Notes: a model not told the origin generated them from the letters alone. A DNA stretch of 64,000 bases from Candidatus Woesearchaeota archaeon (GCA_016188115.1 JACPIK010000002.1:1064077-1128076), one strand, 5' to 3'; counted from the stretch's first letter, positions 8,589 to 19,168 are shown. Numbers and translations: made by a program.

Positions 8589-9527
8589 GTGAGTTTGATG
8601 CAGCAATATTGTGATCTTCTACGGTATGTACTCAAAAATGGTGTGGAAAAGAAGGACCGTACTGGCATTGGCACGAAAAGCATCTTTGGCTATCAAATGC
8701 GCTTTAATCTTGCTGAGGGTTTTCCTTTAGTCACTACCAAAAAAGTCTATATGAAAGGCATTATTCACGAACTCCTCTGGTTTCTCAAAGGTGAAACAAA
8801 CATACAATATTTGGTACAGAATGATGTCAAAATTTGGAATGAATGGGCATTTCAAATATATCTTGAAGAAAACAAATTAGAGCATCAGCATCCTCGCTAT
8901 TCTGAAGAATGGAAACAGATGCTTGAAAAGTTTGTCGAGAGAATTAAAACAGATGACGCATTTGCTAAACGCTGGGGAGAATTAGGACCAATCTACGGCA
9001 AGCAATGGACTCGCTGGGAAGGCCGTAATGGTGTGGAAATCAACCAAATCCAAAATGTCATAGATTTAATTAAAAAAGACCCAACGTCACGTCGCATTAT
9101 TGTCAGCGGTTGGAATGTCGGCGAAATTCAGGAGTTAATTCATCATCATCATCATGCTCCACCATCATGTCATACTATTTTTCAATTCATTGTTGTTGAT
9201 GGAAAATTATCCTGTCAATTATATCAACGCAGTGCGGATATTTTCTTAGGCGTTCCATTTAATATTGCCTCCTACGCCATGTTAACGATGATGATTGCGC
9301 AAGTCTGTGGACTAGAACCAGGAGAATTTATTCACACGTTTGGTGATGCACATATTTATTTGAATCACATGGAACAAGTCAGCGAGCAACTCTCCAGAGA
9401 ACCAAGATCACTACCTACACTAAAAATAAATCCCACAGTTAAAGATATTTTTTCGTTCCAATATAGTGATTTTGAGGTCATCAATTACAACCCTCATCCA
9501 CCAATTAAAGCAACGATTGCAGTCTAA
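8589..9527 (+). CDS. thyA: Thymidylate synthase ThyA
   Basis: '[19 protein letters not shown]', '[12 protein letters not shown]' catalytic Cys, '[26 protein letters not shown]'. Contains an internal penta-His run. Confidence 0.95.
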   Translation: MSLMQQYCDLLRYVLKNGVEKKDRTGIGTKSIFGYQMRFNLAEGFPLVTTKKVYMKGIIHELLWFLKGETNIQYLVQNDVKIWNEWAFQIYLEENKLEHQHPRYSEEWKQMLEKFVERIKTDDAFAKRWGELGPIYGKQWTRWEGRNGVEINQIQNVIDLIKKDPTSRRIIVSGWNVGEIQELIHHHHHAPPSCHTIFQFIVVDGKLSCQLYQRSADIFLGVPFNIASYAMLTMMIAQVCGLEPGEFIHTFGDAHIYLNHMEQVSEQLSREPRSLPTLKINPTVKDIFSFQYSDFEVINYNPHPPIKATIAV

Positions 9528-9547
9528 GCATCTCCGAATAATAAGGT

Positions 9548-10018
9548 TTGAAAATGGTTTCCATTATTGCCGCAATGACTAAAAATCAAGTTATTGGTCG
9601 TGCGAATCAGTTGCCTTGGTCGCTCCCTGAAGATTTACGTAATTTCAAACGCCTAACCACTGGTAACGTGGTAATTATGGGTCGTAAAACCTATGATTCT
9701 ATCGGTCGATCATTACCAAACCGACATAACATCGTGGTCAGTCGCAACACCGATCAGATACCAGGAGTTATAGTCTCTAAAAGCATCGAAGAGGCAATAG
9801 CAACAGCAAAAGAGTTTGGCAGAGAAATATTTGTGATTGGTGGTGCGCAGATTTACCAGCAAGCATTGCCGTATGCAACTAAACTCTATTTATCTTTAGT
9901 TAAACATGATCACGAAGGGGATACTTATTTTCCTCCATTCGACCTTAAAGAATGGCAAGAGGAAGAACGCCAAGATTATAGCGATTTCACTTTTGTGGTA
10001 TATATTCGCAATAGTTAG
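9548..10018 (+). CDS. folA: Dihydrofolate reductase
   Basis: 'VSIIAAMTKNQVIGRANQLPWSLPEDLRNFKRLTTGNVVIMGRKTYDSIG'. Confidence 0.9.
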   Translation: MKMVSIIAAMTKNQVIGRANQLPWSLPEDLRNFKRLTTGNVVIMGRKTYDSIGRSLPNRHNIVVSRNTDQIPGVIVSKSIEEAIATAKEFGREIFVIGGAQIYQQALPYATKLYLSLVKHDHEGDTYFPPFDLKEWQEEERQDYSDFTFVVYIRNS

Positions 10019-10142
10019 TTGCGATGCTTAGGGGTAGGATATATAGTCGCCAGAACTGAAAAGTATAAAAGCGCAAGAGATGAATAAAAAGTAATTAATG
10101 AGTTAACAAAACTCCATAAAAAAGGGAAAAAGAGGGATAAAA

Positions 10143-11495
10143 GTGTCAGACGATTTATCGAAAACAGATCCGCATGTAGCGCATATCATTGCACTTGAAG
10201 AACAGCGTCAGCAAGATAAACTTTCGATGATCCCGTCTGAAAATTTCTTTTCTAAAGCGGTACGGCAAGCAATCGGTTCCGTATTAATGCACAAGTATGC
10301 TGAAGGTAACGTAAAAAAAAGGTACTATGAAGGCAACCAATACATCGATGAACTCGAATCACTTACCATTGAACGCGCCAAAAAATTGTTTCGTTGTCCT
10401 CCTGATTGGAGTGCAAATGTCCAAGCTTTAGCTGGGAGTAACGCTAATCTTGCAGTGTATCTTGCTCTTCTCGAAGTTGGTGACACGATGATGGGGATGT
10501 ATTTACCTGATGGTGGACATCTTTCTCATGGATGGAGTCACGAGCCAAAAGGTGCCCCTGATGCATCAATTTTAGTCTATGAAGGTGGCAGTGCAAAAGT
10601 TAACATTTCTTCTAAAATTTTTAAAACAGTCCAATACAAAACATCACCAGCAACACAACAATTTGATTACGAAGAAGTTGAAAGAATTGCGTTGCAGTAC
10701 AAACCAAAACTTCTCATTACAGGCGGAACCGCGTATCCTCGCGAAATCGATTATCGTCGCATGAAAGCCATCGCCAATAAAGTTGGTGCATATTACATGG
10801 CAGATATTGCGCATGAGGCTGGTCTTATTGCCGCAGGCGTAAATTCCTCTCCTGTTGGTATAGCCGATGTTGTTACTATGACTACACACAAGACATTGCG
10901 TGCAGGACGTGGAGCAATCATTCTTGGTCATGAAGATATTATCAAAAAAATTAATCGTGCTGTTCTTCCTGGTCTTCAAGGCGGACCATTCAATAATAAT
11001 ATTGCAGGCATCTGCGTCGGCTTAGGTGAAGCATTGGAATATTCTTTCACTATCTATGCTTGGCAAGTTGTACGTAATGCGCAATTTTTATGCAAAGAGT
11101 TAGAAAAATATGGATTTAAAATCGTAAGTGGCGGAACCGATAAACATCTCGTACTCATTGATTTAACTAACAAACCTGTGCTGGGAAAGAAATTTGCCCG
11201 AGCTTTGGATTATGCCGGCATCGTCGCTAATTATAACACCATGCCGCAAGAAACGCGTCCTCCTGCCGATCCTTCTGCATTACGGATGGGAACTCCTTGG
11301 ATTACCACGCGGGGCATGAAAGAACCGGAAATGGCGCACATTGCTGCGTGGATAAATCGTGTTATGGAAATCTGCGCTCCTTGGGCAGAGTTAGACTTCA
11401 AAGAATTTGAACAAAATGTCGCATCATCATTCGAGATCATGCAAATAGCAGCAGAAATCAAAGAATTATGCGGAAAATTTCCACTGGATTTTTAG
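10143..11495 (+). CDS. glyA: Serine hydroxymethyltransferase
   Basis: 'MIPSENFFS', PLP-lysine region 'VVTMTTHKTLRAGRGAIIL'. GTG start at 10143. Confidence 0.95.
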   Translation: MSDDLSKTDPHVAHIIALEEQRQQDKLSMIPSENFFSKAVRQAIGSVLMHKYAEGNVKKRYYEGNQYIDELESLTIERAKKLFRCPPDWSANVQALAGSNANLAVYLALLEVGDTMMGMYLPDGGHLSHGWSHEPKGAPDASILVYEGGSAKVNISSKIFKTVQYKTSPATQQFDYEEVERIALQYKPKLLITGGTAYPREIDYRRMKAIANKVGAYYMADIAHEAGLIAAGVNSSPVGIADVVTMTTHKTLRAGRGAIILGHEDIIKKINRAVLPGLQGGPFNNNIAGICVGLGEALEYSFTIYAWQVVRNAQFLCKELEKYGFKIVSGGTDKHLVLIDLTNKPVLGKKFARALDYAGIVANYNTMPQETRPPADPSALRMGTPWITTRGMKEPEMAHIAAWINRVMEICAPWAELDFKEFEQNVASSFEIMQIAAEIKELCGKFPLDF

Positions 11496-11524
11496 AATTG
11501 TATCAATGTAGAGATGGTGTATAA

Positions 11525-12403
11525 ATGGGATTAGTTGCAATTATTGGTGGTTCTGGTGTTGAAGATAGCCCCTCGCTTGAAGGCGCAGTATGGAATAAAT
11601 TTGATACTGGCTATGCTAGTGGTCTTGATCATCATACTGGTGTAGTATGGTATAAGAAAAAAGATGAAGTTATTTTTATTCCCCGACACGGAGGGCACCC
11701 TCAAGAAAATCCACGTTTTGGTCCTGCAAAAACCCAATACGCAGCAAATCTCATTGCCGCACATGCTCTCGGTGCGCGTGTCGTTGTTGCGACCAGTGCC
11801 GTAGGCAGTTTGCATGGCGAGAGAATAGGTGTTGGTAGTCTCGTCATTCCTGATGATTATATCGATCAATCAGGACGCAGTGATAATCTCTTTGGTGAGG
11901 GAATTGTAGTTCATAATAATCCTATTCCTGCATTTTCTGTGCAACTCCGTAGTATTCTTATTCATCATGCGCAAGAAAAAGAAGAGAAATTTAATGGGAT
12001 TCACACAGCAGGAACATATCTTGTTATCCCTGGCGATCGTTTTGGTACAAAAGCAGAAGGATTACGCCGTGCTCAGTATGCAGATATTGTAGGGATGACA
12101 ATCTGTCCAGAAGCATCCTTCGCTCAACAACTAGGTTTACATTATGCTGTAGTGGCGTTTCCCGTTGATGTAAATCTTGATGCAAATCACGAAGGTGGGA
12201 CAATAGAAGTTATGAAAAGAATGTCTGTTGCTGATAAGGTTCCTGATTATGTTTCACGCGTCGTAAACGAAGCTTGCAACACTCAATTTGGTCTTGTGGA
12301 TGGGCTCAAGGGAAATATTATCCCTGGAAATACAGCTCGAATCTCAAATAGGTATCTTCGTGCTGCAGCGGATGAGTTGGTACAAATATATTGTAGAAAG
12401 TAG
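11525..12403 (+). CDS. 5'-methylthioadenosine/purine nucleoside phosphorylase (PNP/MTAP family)
   Basis: 'VAIIGGSGVEDSP', 'IPRHGGHPQ', 'VVATSAVGSL', 'VGMTICPEASFAQQLGLHYAVVAFPVD'. Confidence 0.8.
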   Translation: MGLVAIIGGSGVEDSPSLEGAVWNKFDTGYASGLDHHTGVVWYKKKDEVIFIPRHGGHPQENPRFGPAKTQYAANLIAAHALGARVVVATSAVGSLHGERIGVGSLVIPDDYIDQSGRSDNLFGEGIVVHNNPIPAFSVQLRSILIHHAQEKEEKFNGIHTAGTYLVIPGDRFGTKAEGLRRAQYADIVGMTICPEASFAQQLGLHYAVVAFPVDVNLDANHEGGTIEVMKRMSVADKVPDYVSRVVNEACNTQFGLVDGLKGNIIPGNTARISNRYLRAAADELVQIYCRK

Positions 12404-12454
12404 AAAAACCAGAAAATAATTGAGAAAAAGAATTTAATTTTTTTTAAAAATAAT

Positions 12455-13420
12455 TTATTCAATTCCTTTATTTGCTAAATATTTCTCTGCTTCCATCGCC
12501 GCCATACACCCAGATCCAGCAGCAGTGATCGCTTGACGAAAACGCACATCCTGCACATCACCAGCTGCAAAAATTCCCGCAATATTGGTATGCATATCTT
12601 TGGTTGCTTTAAGATACCCTTTCTCATCAACTTCAAGTAATCCTTGCAAGAAGGAAGTATTAGGAACGTGACCAATAGCAACGAAAACACCGTCACATTT
12701 GAATTCAGAAGTTTTTCCGGAAACAGTATCTTTTAGCATAACTGCTCGAACAACTTTCCCATCGCCTAACACTTCTGCAACCTCTGCGTTCCATTGAAAT
12801 GAAACCTTCTCGTTATGAGCGCAACGATCTTGCATGATTTTTGATGCGCGTAATGAATCTCGTCGATGCACAATCGTAACTTTAGTGCAAAATTTAGTTA
12901 AGAATAGTGCTTCTTCCATAGCGCTATCGCCGCCGCCAACAACAATTACTTCTTTGCCTTTAAAGAACGCGCCATCGCACGTTGCGCATGTTGTGACACC
13001 GCGACCTTTGTATTTTTTCTCTGAAGCAATACCTAACCAGCGAGCAGATGCACCTGTTGCCACAATAACTGTGTGAGTATGGACCTTCTCACCACTCAAA
13101 AATTCCACAATAAATGTTCCATCAGTTTGTTTTTGAACAGAGCTAGCAATATCCATCATAAAACGAGCACCAAAGCGTTCTGCTTGCTTGCGAGAATTTT
13201 CTACCAATGTTGGACCCATAATCCCATGTTCAAAACCAGGGAAATTCTCAACTTCACTTGTCATCGTTAACTGTCCGCCTTCTTGTTCACCAGAATAAAC
13301 GAGTGGTGCGAGATTAGCACGAGCAGCATAAATCGCTGCAGTACAGCCAGCAATACCTGAACCAAGAATAATCATATTTTCAATAGTTGTTTTCATGATC
13401 TCTACCCTCCTTGTTTGCAA
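12455..13420 (-). CDS. trxB: Thioredoxin reductase
   Basis: FAD 'IILGSGIAGCTAAIYAAR', redox-active 'CATCDG', NADPH 'VVGGGDSAME'. Confidence 0.9.
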   Translation of the reverse strand: MQTRRVEIMKTTIENMIILGSGIAGCTAAIYAARANLAPLVYSGEQEGGQLTMTSEVENFPGFEHGIMGPTLVENSRKQAERFGARFMMDIASSVQKQTDGTFIVEFLSGEKVHTHTVIVATGASARWLGIASEKKYKGRGVTTCATCDGAFFKGKEVIVVGGGDSAMEEALFLTKFCTKVTIVHRRDSLRASKIMQDRCAHNEKVSFQWNAEVAEVLGDGKVVRAVMLKDTVSGKTSEFKCDGVFVAIGHVPNTSFLQGLLEVDEKGYLKATKDMHTNIAGIFAAGDVQDVRFRQAITAAGSGCMAAMEAEKYLANKGIE

Positions 13421-14996
13421 GTTGATTAAGCAGATAATAAACTAATATCCTTACACCAGACCCAGTGGGTCCTCTACTTAAATAATCTCCTTCTATAGCC
13501 CAGTTTGCAGAACCTGCAATATCTAAATGCGCCCAGCGTGTTTTTCCTACAAAATTTTTAAGAAACACAGCACCCATGATTGATCCAGCTTCACCGCCTT
13601 TACCTTTAGGTGAAATATTATTTAGATCAGAAATAGACCCCTCCATCCAATCTTGATATTCGTCGAAAAATGGCATTGCCCAAGTACGATCACCACTTTG
13701 TTCTCCTGCATGAACAAGCCGGGCGATCAATTCTTGATGAGCGCTAAATAGTCCTGATGCATAATATCCTAGCGCTACAACACAAGCGCCCGTAAGCGTA
13801 GCTACATCAATCATAACTGAAGGCTTATACTTCTCCGCAGTATACGCCATTGCATCCGCTAGCACTAAACGACCTTCCGCGTCAGTATTACCAATTTCAA
13901 TAGTCTTCCCATTATATGCACGCACAATATCTCCTGGATGTTGTGCCGTTCCCCCAATCATATTTTCACATGCTGGTATGACTGCTACAAGATTAAGAGG
14001 AAGATTAAGTTGGGCTGCTGCCCACACGGTTCCTAACACTGCCGCTGCCCCTGCCATATCTGTTTTCATTTCTTCAATAGATTTTGTTGGTTTGAGATTA
14101 TATCCACCACTATCAAACGTAATTCCTTTTCCAACTAACGCAATGCGAGATTTATTTTTTGCAGCAGTACCGTTATATTCTAAGAAAATCATTTTTGGCG
14201 GTTGAGGACTTCCTGCGCTAACACCTAACAATGCCCCCATTTTAAGACGCTGCATATCAGTTTTATTAAGAACTGTAATGTTAAATTTTGGACTTTTCGT
14301 TGCAATCGTACGAGCAACTTTTTCTAAATGTTGAGGTGTAATCACGCCAGCATGATCAAACACTAATTCCCGAGTCATGTTTGTTGCTTGACCAATAACT
14401 TCTCCTCTTCTAAGACCTTGTTGAACTTCCTTATTCCTCACTGAAACGAAGAATGAAACACTCCTAAGAAATGTTTGTTTTGAGCGTCTCTCTTCTGCAA
14501 TATATTTCAAAAACCCGTAATTTGCGAAGTAGACTGCTTCAACTGCAGCTTGAACAAAAGTATCTAAAGTGGGAAAAGATTGAGCAGACTTGAGTAGACG
14601 AATTTGTTCTAAAATATTGGTAGTGAAAGATTCTTGCTTCAAAGATCGTGTTGCCCTTGTCGCCTTTCCGATTACTCGTCGGCACTTTTCTAATGTAAAT
14701 TCGCCTCGTTCTCCCATTCCGATCATAATGATACGATAATAAGGAAGAGATGTTATCTGCGTCACATACAGCTCTCCAAAACCTGCAGAAAAGATTCTCT
14801 TCTCTTTTGCGACCATAACATCAGCAGCAAGATCTTGGTTATATCTCTCCAGTTCAGCAAATGCATCATTAAAAAGAGCATACACTAATACCTGCGCATT
14901 AGGATCAAGATGAAGATTAAGTGAAACATTTACCATGGTGTATATTGATCTTAAATCGTGGGAGAATGGATGCTTAATAATGGTTTCGTCACTCAA
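13380..14996 (-). CDS. pepA: Leucyl aminopeptidase (M17)
   Basis: 'VGKGITFDSGGYNLKP', 'NTDAEGRLVLADA' signature. Confidence 0.9.
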   Translation of the reverse strand: MSDETIIKHPFSHDLRSIYTMVNVSLNLHLDPNAQVLVYALFNDAFAELERYNQDLAADVMVAKEKRIFSAGFGELYVTQITSLPYYRIIMIGMGERGEFTLEKCRRVIGKATRATRSLKQESFTTNILEQIRLLKSAQSFPTLDTFVQAAVEAVYFANYGFLKYIAEERRSKQTFLRSVSFFVSVRNKEVQQGLRRGEVIGQATNMTRELVFDHAGVITPQHLEKVARTIATKSPKFNITVLNKTDMQRLKMGALLGVSAGSPQPPKMIFLEYNGTAAKNKSRIALVGKGITFDSGGYNLKPTKSIEEMKTDMAGAAAVLGTVWAAAQLNLPLNLVAVIPACENMIGGTAQHPGDIVRAYNGKTIEIGNTDAEGRLVLADAMAYTAEKYKPSVMIDVATLTGACVVALGYYASGLFSAHQELIARLVHAGEQSGDRTWAMPFFDEYQDWMEGSISDLNNISPKGKGGEAGSIMGAVFLKNFVGKTRWAHLDIAGSANWAIEGDYLSRGPTGSGVRILVYYLLNQLANKEGRDHENNY

Positions 14997-15692
14997 CTAG
15001 TTATATCTCTCAAAGTGGATTGCTTCCACACTAGCACCACGTTCAATAAGCAGTTGCTTTGTTTCTGATACAAGGTCCTTAAGACCGCAGATATAGAAGA
15101 CTTTGTCAGAAGCATCTTTTGGTAGATGTTGTTGAACCCGTCCAGTTTTTCCAGACCATTGTTCACGAGTTAAAGTAGGAGTATACACAAAATGAGGATA
15201 TTTTTTTGCAAGAGTAAGAAATTCATTGTGAAATAACAATTCTTGTTGATTCTTTGCGCTAAAAATAAGATAAAATTTTGTTGTAGGCATTTTCGGCAGA
15301 TGCTCAAAAAGCATGCTATAAAATGGTGCAATCCCTGTCCCTGCGCCGATAAAGACGTGTTCTCTATCAGCAAGTGCACTATCAAGAACAAAATGCCCTA
15401 ATGGTCCACGCATGGTAAACACATCACCTGTCTTAACCGTACGAAATATCTCAGATGCAAAACCATCATCAACGAGTTTGATTGCAAAACGAAGGGCATC
15501 TTTTTGAGAGGGGGGGTTAAGAATAGAATAAGAACGCGGCTTTCGTTCTTCACCACGTTCCATGAGCAAAGAAATAAATTGACCAGCCTGAAACATAAAA
15601 CCAGTTGGGCATGTAAAATCAAGAAGAATCAAATCTGGCGTGACAAATTCTTTCTTGATAATCTCTACTTGGTAGGGTGCTATAGGTGGCAT
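14997..15692 (-). CDS. FNR-like FAD/NAD(P)-binding oxidoreductase
   Basis: 'RSYSI' (RxYS FAD motif), 'GDVFTMRGPLG', 'FIGAGTGIAPFYSML' NAD-binding glycine motif; no Fe-S tail. Confidence 0.6.
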   Translation of the reverse strand: MPPIAPYQVEIIKKEFVTPDLILLDFTCPTGFMFQAGQFISLLMERGEERKPRSYSILNPPSQKDALRFAIKLVDDGFASEIFRTVKTGDVFTMRGPLGHFVLDSALADREHVFIGAGTGIAPFYSMLFEHLPKMPTTKFYLIFSAKNQQELLFHNEFLTLAKKYPHFVYTPTLTREQWSGKTGRVQQHLPKDASDKVFYICGLKDLVSETKQLLIERGASVEAIHFERYN

Positions 15693-15737
15693 TAGATAGC
15701 TTTTCTAAGATGACTTTTTATAAGTTGTGCAAGAAAT

Positions 15738-16100
15738 TTATGTGGTATTAATACCTGTAGAAAATGTGTGCAAATATCTCTTTAAATTGACATTGTTTGC
15801 GTCTACAATCACTCCCTCTTTTCTTAAGAGAGTTTGTTTCTCTGTTATACATTTTCCTTTTGTTTCTCCTTTAAATCCACCTAACGAACCATCACTCGCA
15901 ACCACGCGATGACAGGGCACCATTGGTGCATAAGGATTACAACGTAGCGCTTGACCTATTGCTTGTGCCGACTTGCAATCAAGAGCCCGAGCTAGTTCTT
16001 TATAGGTACTTACTTTGCCTTGCGGAATTTGTCGGCAAAGCGCGTAAACACGCTGCGCGAACGGGGTTGGAGTTCTCCTTCTTTCGATTCTTTTTTCCAT
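15738..16100 (-). CDS. ogt: Methylated-DNA-protein-cysteine methyltransferase (MGMT/Ogt, C-domain only)
   Basis: 'TPFAQRVYALCRQIPQGKVSTYKELA', active-site 'PCHRVV'. Confidence 0.8.
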   Translation of the reverse strand: MEKRIERRRTPTPFAQRVYALCRQIPQGKVSTYKELARALDCKSAQAIGQALRCNPYAPMVPCHRVVASDGSLGGFKGETKGKCITEKQTLLRKEGVIVDANNVNLKRYLHTFSTGINTT

Positions 16101-16405
16101 TGTTTAAGTAACGCCTCAACTTTCTTATCTTCTTTTGGGTTCATTCCCGCAGCCAGAGAGTAATAGGTTTTCTCCACCGTAGATCCCCACGAATAATCAC
16201 CCTTCTCTTCTTTAATATCATCAACTACAAATTCACTTGTCTGCGTCCCTTTCCAAAGGTGGTAATAAATCAAACGCTGCGTCACTTGGGGATAAATTTC
16301 ATTATAAATTCGCGCTACCTGATAACCATATGCAGTATCAAGATAAAACAAAATCGTAGCAATACGATCACGCACTTCACTTTTACAGGGTCGTCCGCTG
16401 GGCAT
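16010..16405 (-). CDS. Putative winged-helix (PadR-like) regulator; 3' end overlaps ogt by ~90 nt
   Basis: 'ILFYLDTAYGYQVARIYNEI...RLIYYHLWKGTQ...KTYYSL' resembles a PadR wHTH. The long overlap makes the exact boundaries uncertain. Confidence 0.35.
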   Translation of the reverse strand: MPSGRPCKSEVRDRIATILFYLDTAYGYQVARIYNEIYPQVTQRLIYYHLWKGTQTSEFVVDDIKEEKGDYSWGSTVEKTYYSLAAGMNPKEDKKVEALLKQWKKESKEGELQPRSRSVFTRFADKFRKAK

Positions 16406-16480
16406 AGTGATATTAGTCTTTCTTAGCTATATAACCTTTCTGGAGGAAATCTTTTTGAATGGTACTCACTTCATTCTCCT

Positions 16481-16828
16481 ATGCCTAAATTTGATCCACG
16501 CGCCAAAGACAAAGTCAAAGAGATAGCGCGCGAACGCATCAAAATCTTGTTCTCCCAAGCTGACGAAATATTTTTGTCAGATCGAACTTTAGCGAATCGG
16601 TATGTTCATCTTGCGCGCGCCATTGCCATGAAAGCAAAGATTCGCATACCCTTAGAATTAAAACGGCGTTATTGCAAATTCTGCTATCATTATTTACGTG
16701 CTGGTGTTAACTCTCGAATCAGAACTCGAGAAGGAAAAGTAGTTATTTTATGTATGGATTGCAAGAAGATGACAAGGATACCAACAGGGAAGAAAGATAC
16801 AGCAAAGAAAAAAGCAAAAACTAACTAA
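16481..16828 (+). CDS. rnp4: RNase P protein subunit Rpp21 (Rnp4)
   Basis: 'RIKILFSQADEIF...LANRYVHLARAIAMKAKIRIP', zinc ribbon 'CKFC...CMDC'. Confidence 0.8.
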   Translation: MPKFDPRAKDKVKEIARERIKILFSQADEIFLSDRTLANRYVHLARAIAMKAKIRIPLELKRRYCKFCYHYLRAGVNSRIRTREGKVVILCMDCKKMTRIPTGKKDTAKKKAKTN

Positions 16829-17750
16829 TTTTCTCGAGAAGTTCTTTGTAGCCAAGCAACCCTTCCTTAGGTCCATGTGCGCTTACCACTGCCGTTGAGT
16901 TGAGTACTGCTGCATGTAATGCTTCCCCAAACGCGTGACCCCGTACAACCATTCCTACTACCGTTGCAGCAAAGGCATCACCAGCTCCTGTTGTATTCAC
17001 AACTTTCACTTTTGGCGGCATAATCTTAAGAAATGCTCCTTCACAATACGCTGCCACTTCCCGAGCGCCATCCGTAATAATAATTGACTTTGGTCCATAT
17101 TTGTGAAGATGCGTTAGCAACGTGTACGCATCGTTGGATTTAGTTTTAAGCAATAACTTTGCTTCCTCTTTGTTAAGTATTAATAGATTCGTTACATTCA
17201 AAATATCTCGAGAATATGAAATTCCTTTTTGCGCAAGATAGGTACTAGGATTATAAAGCAGTTTAATTTTATTTTTATGTGCATATCGAGCAATTACTTT
17301 TGCCGTCACAAATGACTTCTCCATCAAAGTGCCTAAATAAAACCATTTTGGATTTAATGTTGTTAACGCAAAGTCTTTTACCTGTAAATCATTGGATGCA
17401 CCTTTGTAGGTATAAATTACGCGGTCATGGTCAGCATCACTTACCACAATATAACTCGATGAAGTTGCGTGTAAACTTTTATTTTTAGTAAGAAAAGCAA
17501 TTTTATGTGCTGTCAATTCTTGTAGTACAAACTCCCCATCATGATCGTTGCCAACCTTACTTACCACCCCTACATTGAGTCCTAACTTTACCAATGCCAT
17601 CGCACTATTCGTTGCCGCACCACCAGTATAAAGAGATTTGTTAGAAAGAAGAACTTTATCCCCTTCCTTAGTTTGAGAAAATTTCTGACTTGTAGTGAGA
17701 ACGTGATCTAGAGTAACTGACCCCACGCAGATAACATCGAAAATTTTCAT
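16821..17750 (-). CDS. PfkB-family carbohydrate/ribokinase-like kinase
   Basis: N-terminal 'ICVGSVTLDHV', C-terminal 'NTTGAGDAFAATVV' (DTxGAGD). Confidence 0.8.
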   Translation of the reverse strand: MKIFDVICVGSVTLDHVLTTSQKFSQTKEGDKVLLSNKSLYTGGAATNSAMALVKLGLNVGVVSKVGNDHDGEFVLQELTAHKIAFLTKNKSLHATSSSYIVVSDADHDRVIYTYKGASNDLQVKDFALTTLNPKWFYLGTLMEKSFVTAKVIARYAHKNKIKLLYNPSTYLAQKGISYSRDILNVTNLLILNKEEAKLLLKTKSNDAYTLLTHLHKYGPKSIIITDGAREVAAYCEGAFLKIMPPKVKVVNTTGAGDAFAATVVGMVVRGHAFGEALHAAVLNSTAVVSAHGPKEGLLGYKELLEKIS

Positions 17751-18484
17751 TTGAGTTGTTTATTTTTGTTGAGTAGTTTTGTTATATTTTTCTCGTTTCC
17801 CAGAAAATAATGTCGTGTTGGTTTCATCTTTTTGTTTAGCTCATAGACCAGAGGCACCGCTGTAGGAATCTCCACATTCACAATGTCTTTTTCTGTAACA
17901 TTATCTAGATGCTTCACCAGTGCTCGAATACTATTTCCGTGCGCAACAATTAAAACTCGTTTTCCTGCTTTAATTTGTGGTTCAATCACTTTTTTCCAAT
18001 AAGGGAGAACTCGCGCAACGCAGTCTTTGAGACTTTCTGTTTCAGGAAGCTCTTTTCCTGTTAGATGGACATACTTAGGGTCAAATCGAGGGTGCCTTTC
18101 ATCATCTTGACGTAGCTTTGGTGGTTGGAGCGCATAGCTGCGTCGCCAGTATTGAATTTGTTCTTTACCTAATTGTTTTGCCAATTCTTCCTTCTTTATA
18201 CCTTGTAATGCACCATAATGCCGTTCGTTGAGTTTCCAGGAATGTTCCAGTGGGATCCAGGAGAGATCTAATTCGTCGAGAACGACCCACGCAGTATGAA
18301 TGGCGCGTTTAAGAACAGAAGTATACGTTTGGTCAAAAATAAAACCATATGCTTTGAGTAAGTGAGCTGCTTGCATTGCGTTCTTTCTTCCTTTTGCAGT
18401 CAGATCAATATCGGTCCAACCAGTGAACTCATGTTTCTGATTATATTCACTCTCACCGTGACGTAGAAAAACAACTTTGTACAT
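17747..18484 (-). CDS. gpmA: 2,3-bisphosphoglycerate-dependent phosphoglycerate mutase
   Basis: 'VVFLRHGESEYNQKHEFTGWTDIDLTAKG', 'LIVAHGNSIRALV'. Confidence 0.9.
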   Translation of the reverse strand: MYKVVFLRHGESEYNQKHEFTGWTDIDLTAKGRKNAMQAAHLLKAYGFIFDQTYTSVLKRAIHTAWVVLDELDLSWIPLEHSWKLNERHYGALQGIKKEELAKQLGKEQIQYWRRSYALQPPKLRQDDERHPRFDPKYVHLTGKELPETESLKDCVARVLPYWKKVIEPQIKAGKRVLIVAHGNSIRALVKHLDNVTEKDIVNVEIPTAVPLVYELNKKMKPTRHYFLGNEKNITKLLNKNKQLK

Positions 18485-18547
18485 GGGGGACCTCTTTTTA
18501 TCTAGGGAGGTAAAGAAGGGATTTAAATGTATTGGTGGTGCTTATTT

Positions 18548-19168
18548 TTACTCTATAATCATTACTTCCCCATCCCTTAGTACTTTAAACAAAATTCCAT
18601 TTTCAATACAATACTGCAATTCCTTATCAATATCTTTTGATTCAGGATGATCAGACTGGTAATGAGGCAAAATCAAATAATCTAAAATCCCTAATCCTTC
18701 CCAAATTACTTTGGTCTTGTAGGGATTTTGTTTTGGATCATCAACAATATCTAAACCGCGTAGAGATGGGGCGAGCACACATATCCCTGCGCTGTAACCA
18801 GCGTAGACTAAGTCCGTCTTCATTAATTTCTTAAGAATAACATCAAAACCACTCAGTTTCATAGCTTGTCGTAAAACAAAGGTATTGCCCCCACTCACCC
18901 AGATGAGCCCGACTGTTTTGAGTTTTGCTTCCAGTTGTTTTGGTTTGTTAAAGTAGTCTCGTAGATCGAGAAGTTCGATGTTGAAACCTAACGCGCGGAT
19001 ATCTTGCATATCACGTTCTTCATGCTTTTTACGACGTTCAAGGTCATCTGTAAATTTTCTCCAATCTAGAGCATTGGAAATGTAAACAGCAGTCTTGTTC
19101 TTGGTTACTAACCGCTTAAGCTTCTTGCTTTGGTTTCCGAGACGATAGGAGGAGAGATAAAACTTCAT
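18548..19168 (-). CDS. Peptidase S51 (dipeptidase E-like)
   Basis: 'IWVSGGNTFVL', 'YAGYSAGICVL', 'ILPHY' match the PepE catalytic region. Confidence 0.7.
   Translation of the reverse strand: MKFYLSSYRLGNQSKKLKRLVTKNKTAVYISNALDWRKFTDDLERRKKHEERDMQDIRALGFNIELLDLRDYFNKPKQLEAKLKTVGLIWVSGGNTFVLRQAMKLSGFDVILKKLMKTDLVYAGYSAGICVLAPSLRGLDIVDDPKQNPYKTKVIWEGLGILDYLILPHYQSDHPESKDIDKELQYCIENGILFKVLRDGEVMIIE

Noticed and set aside
9141-9155. His-tag or cloning-vector contamination explanation for the CATx5 run
   Set aside because: The run is in-frame inside a conserved ThyA loop with native flanking sequence on both sides, and there are no vector-like features nearby.
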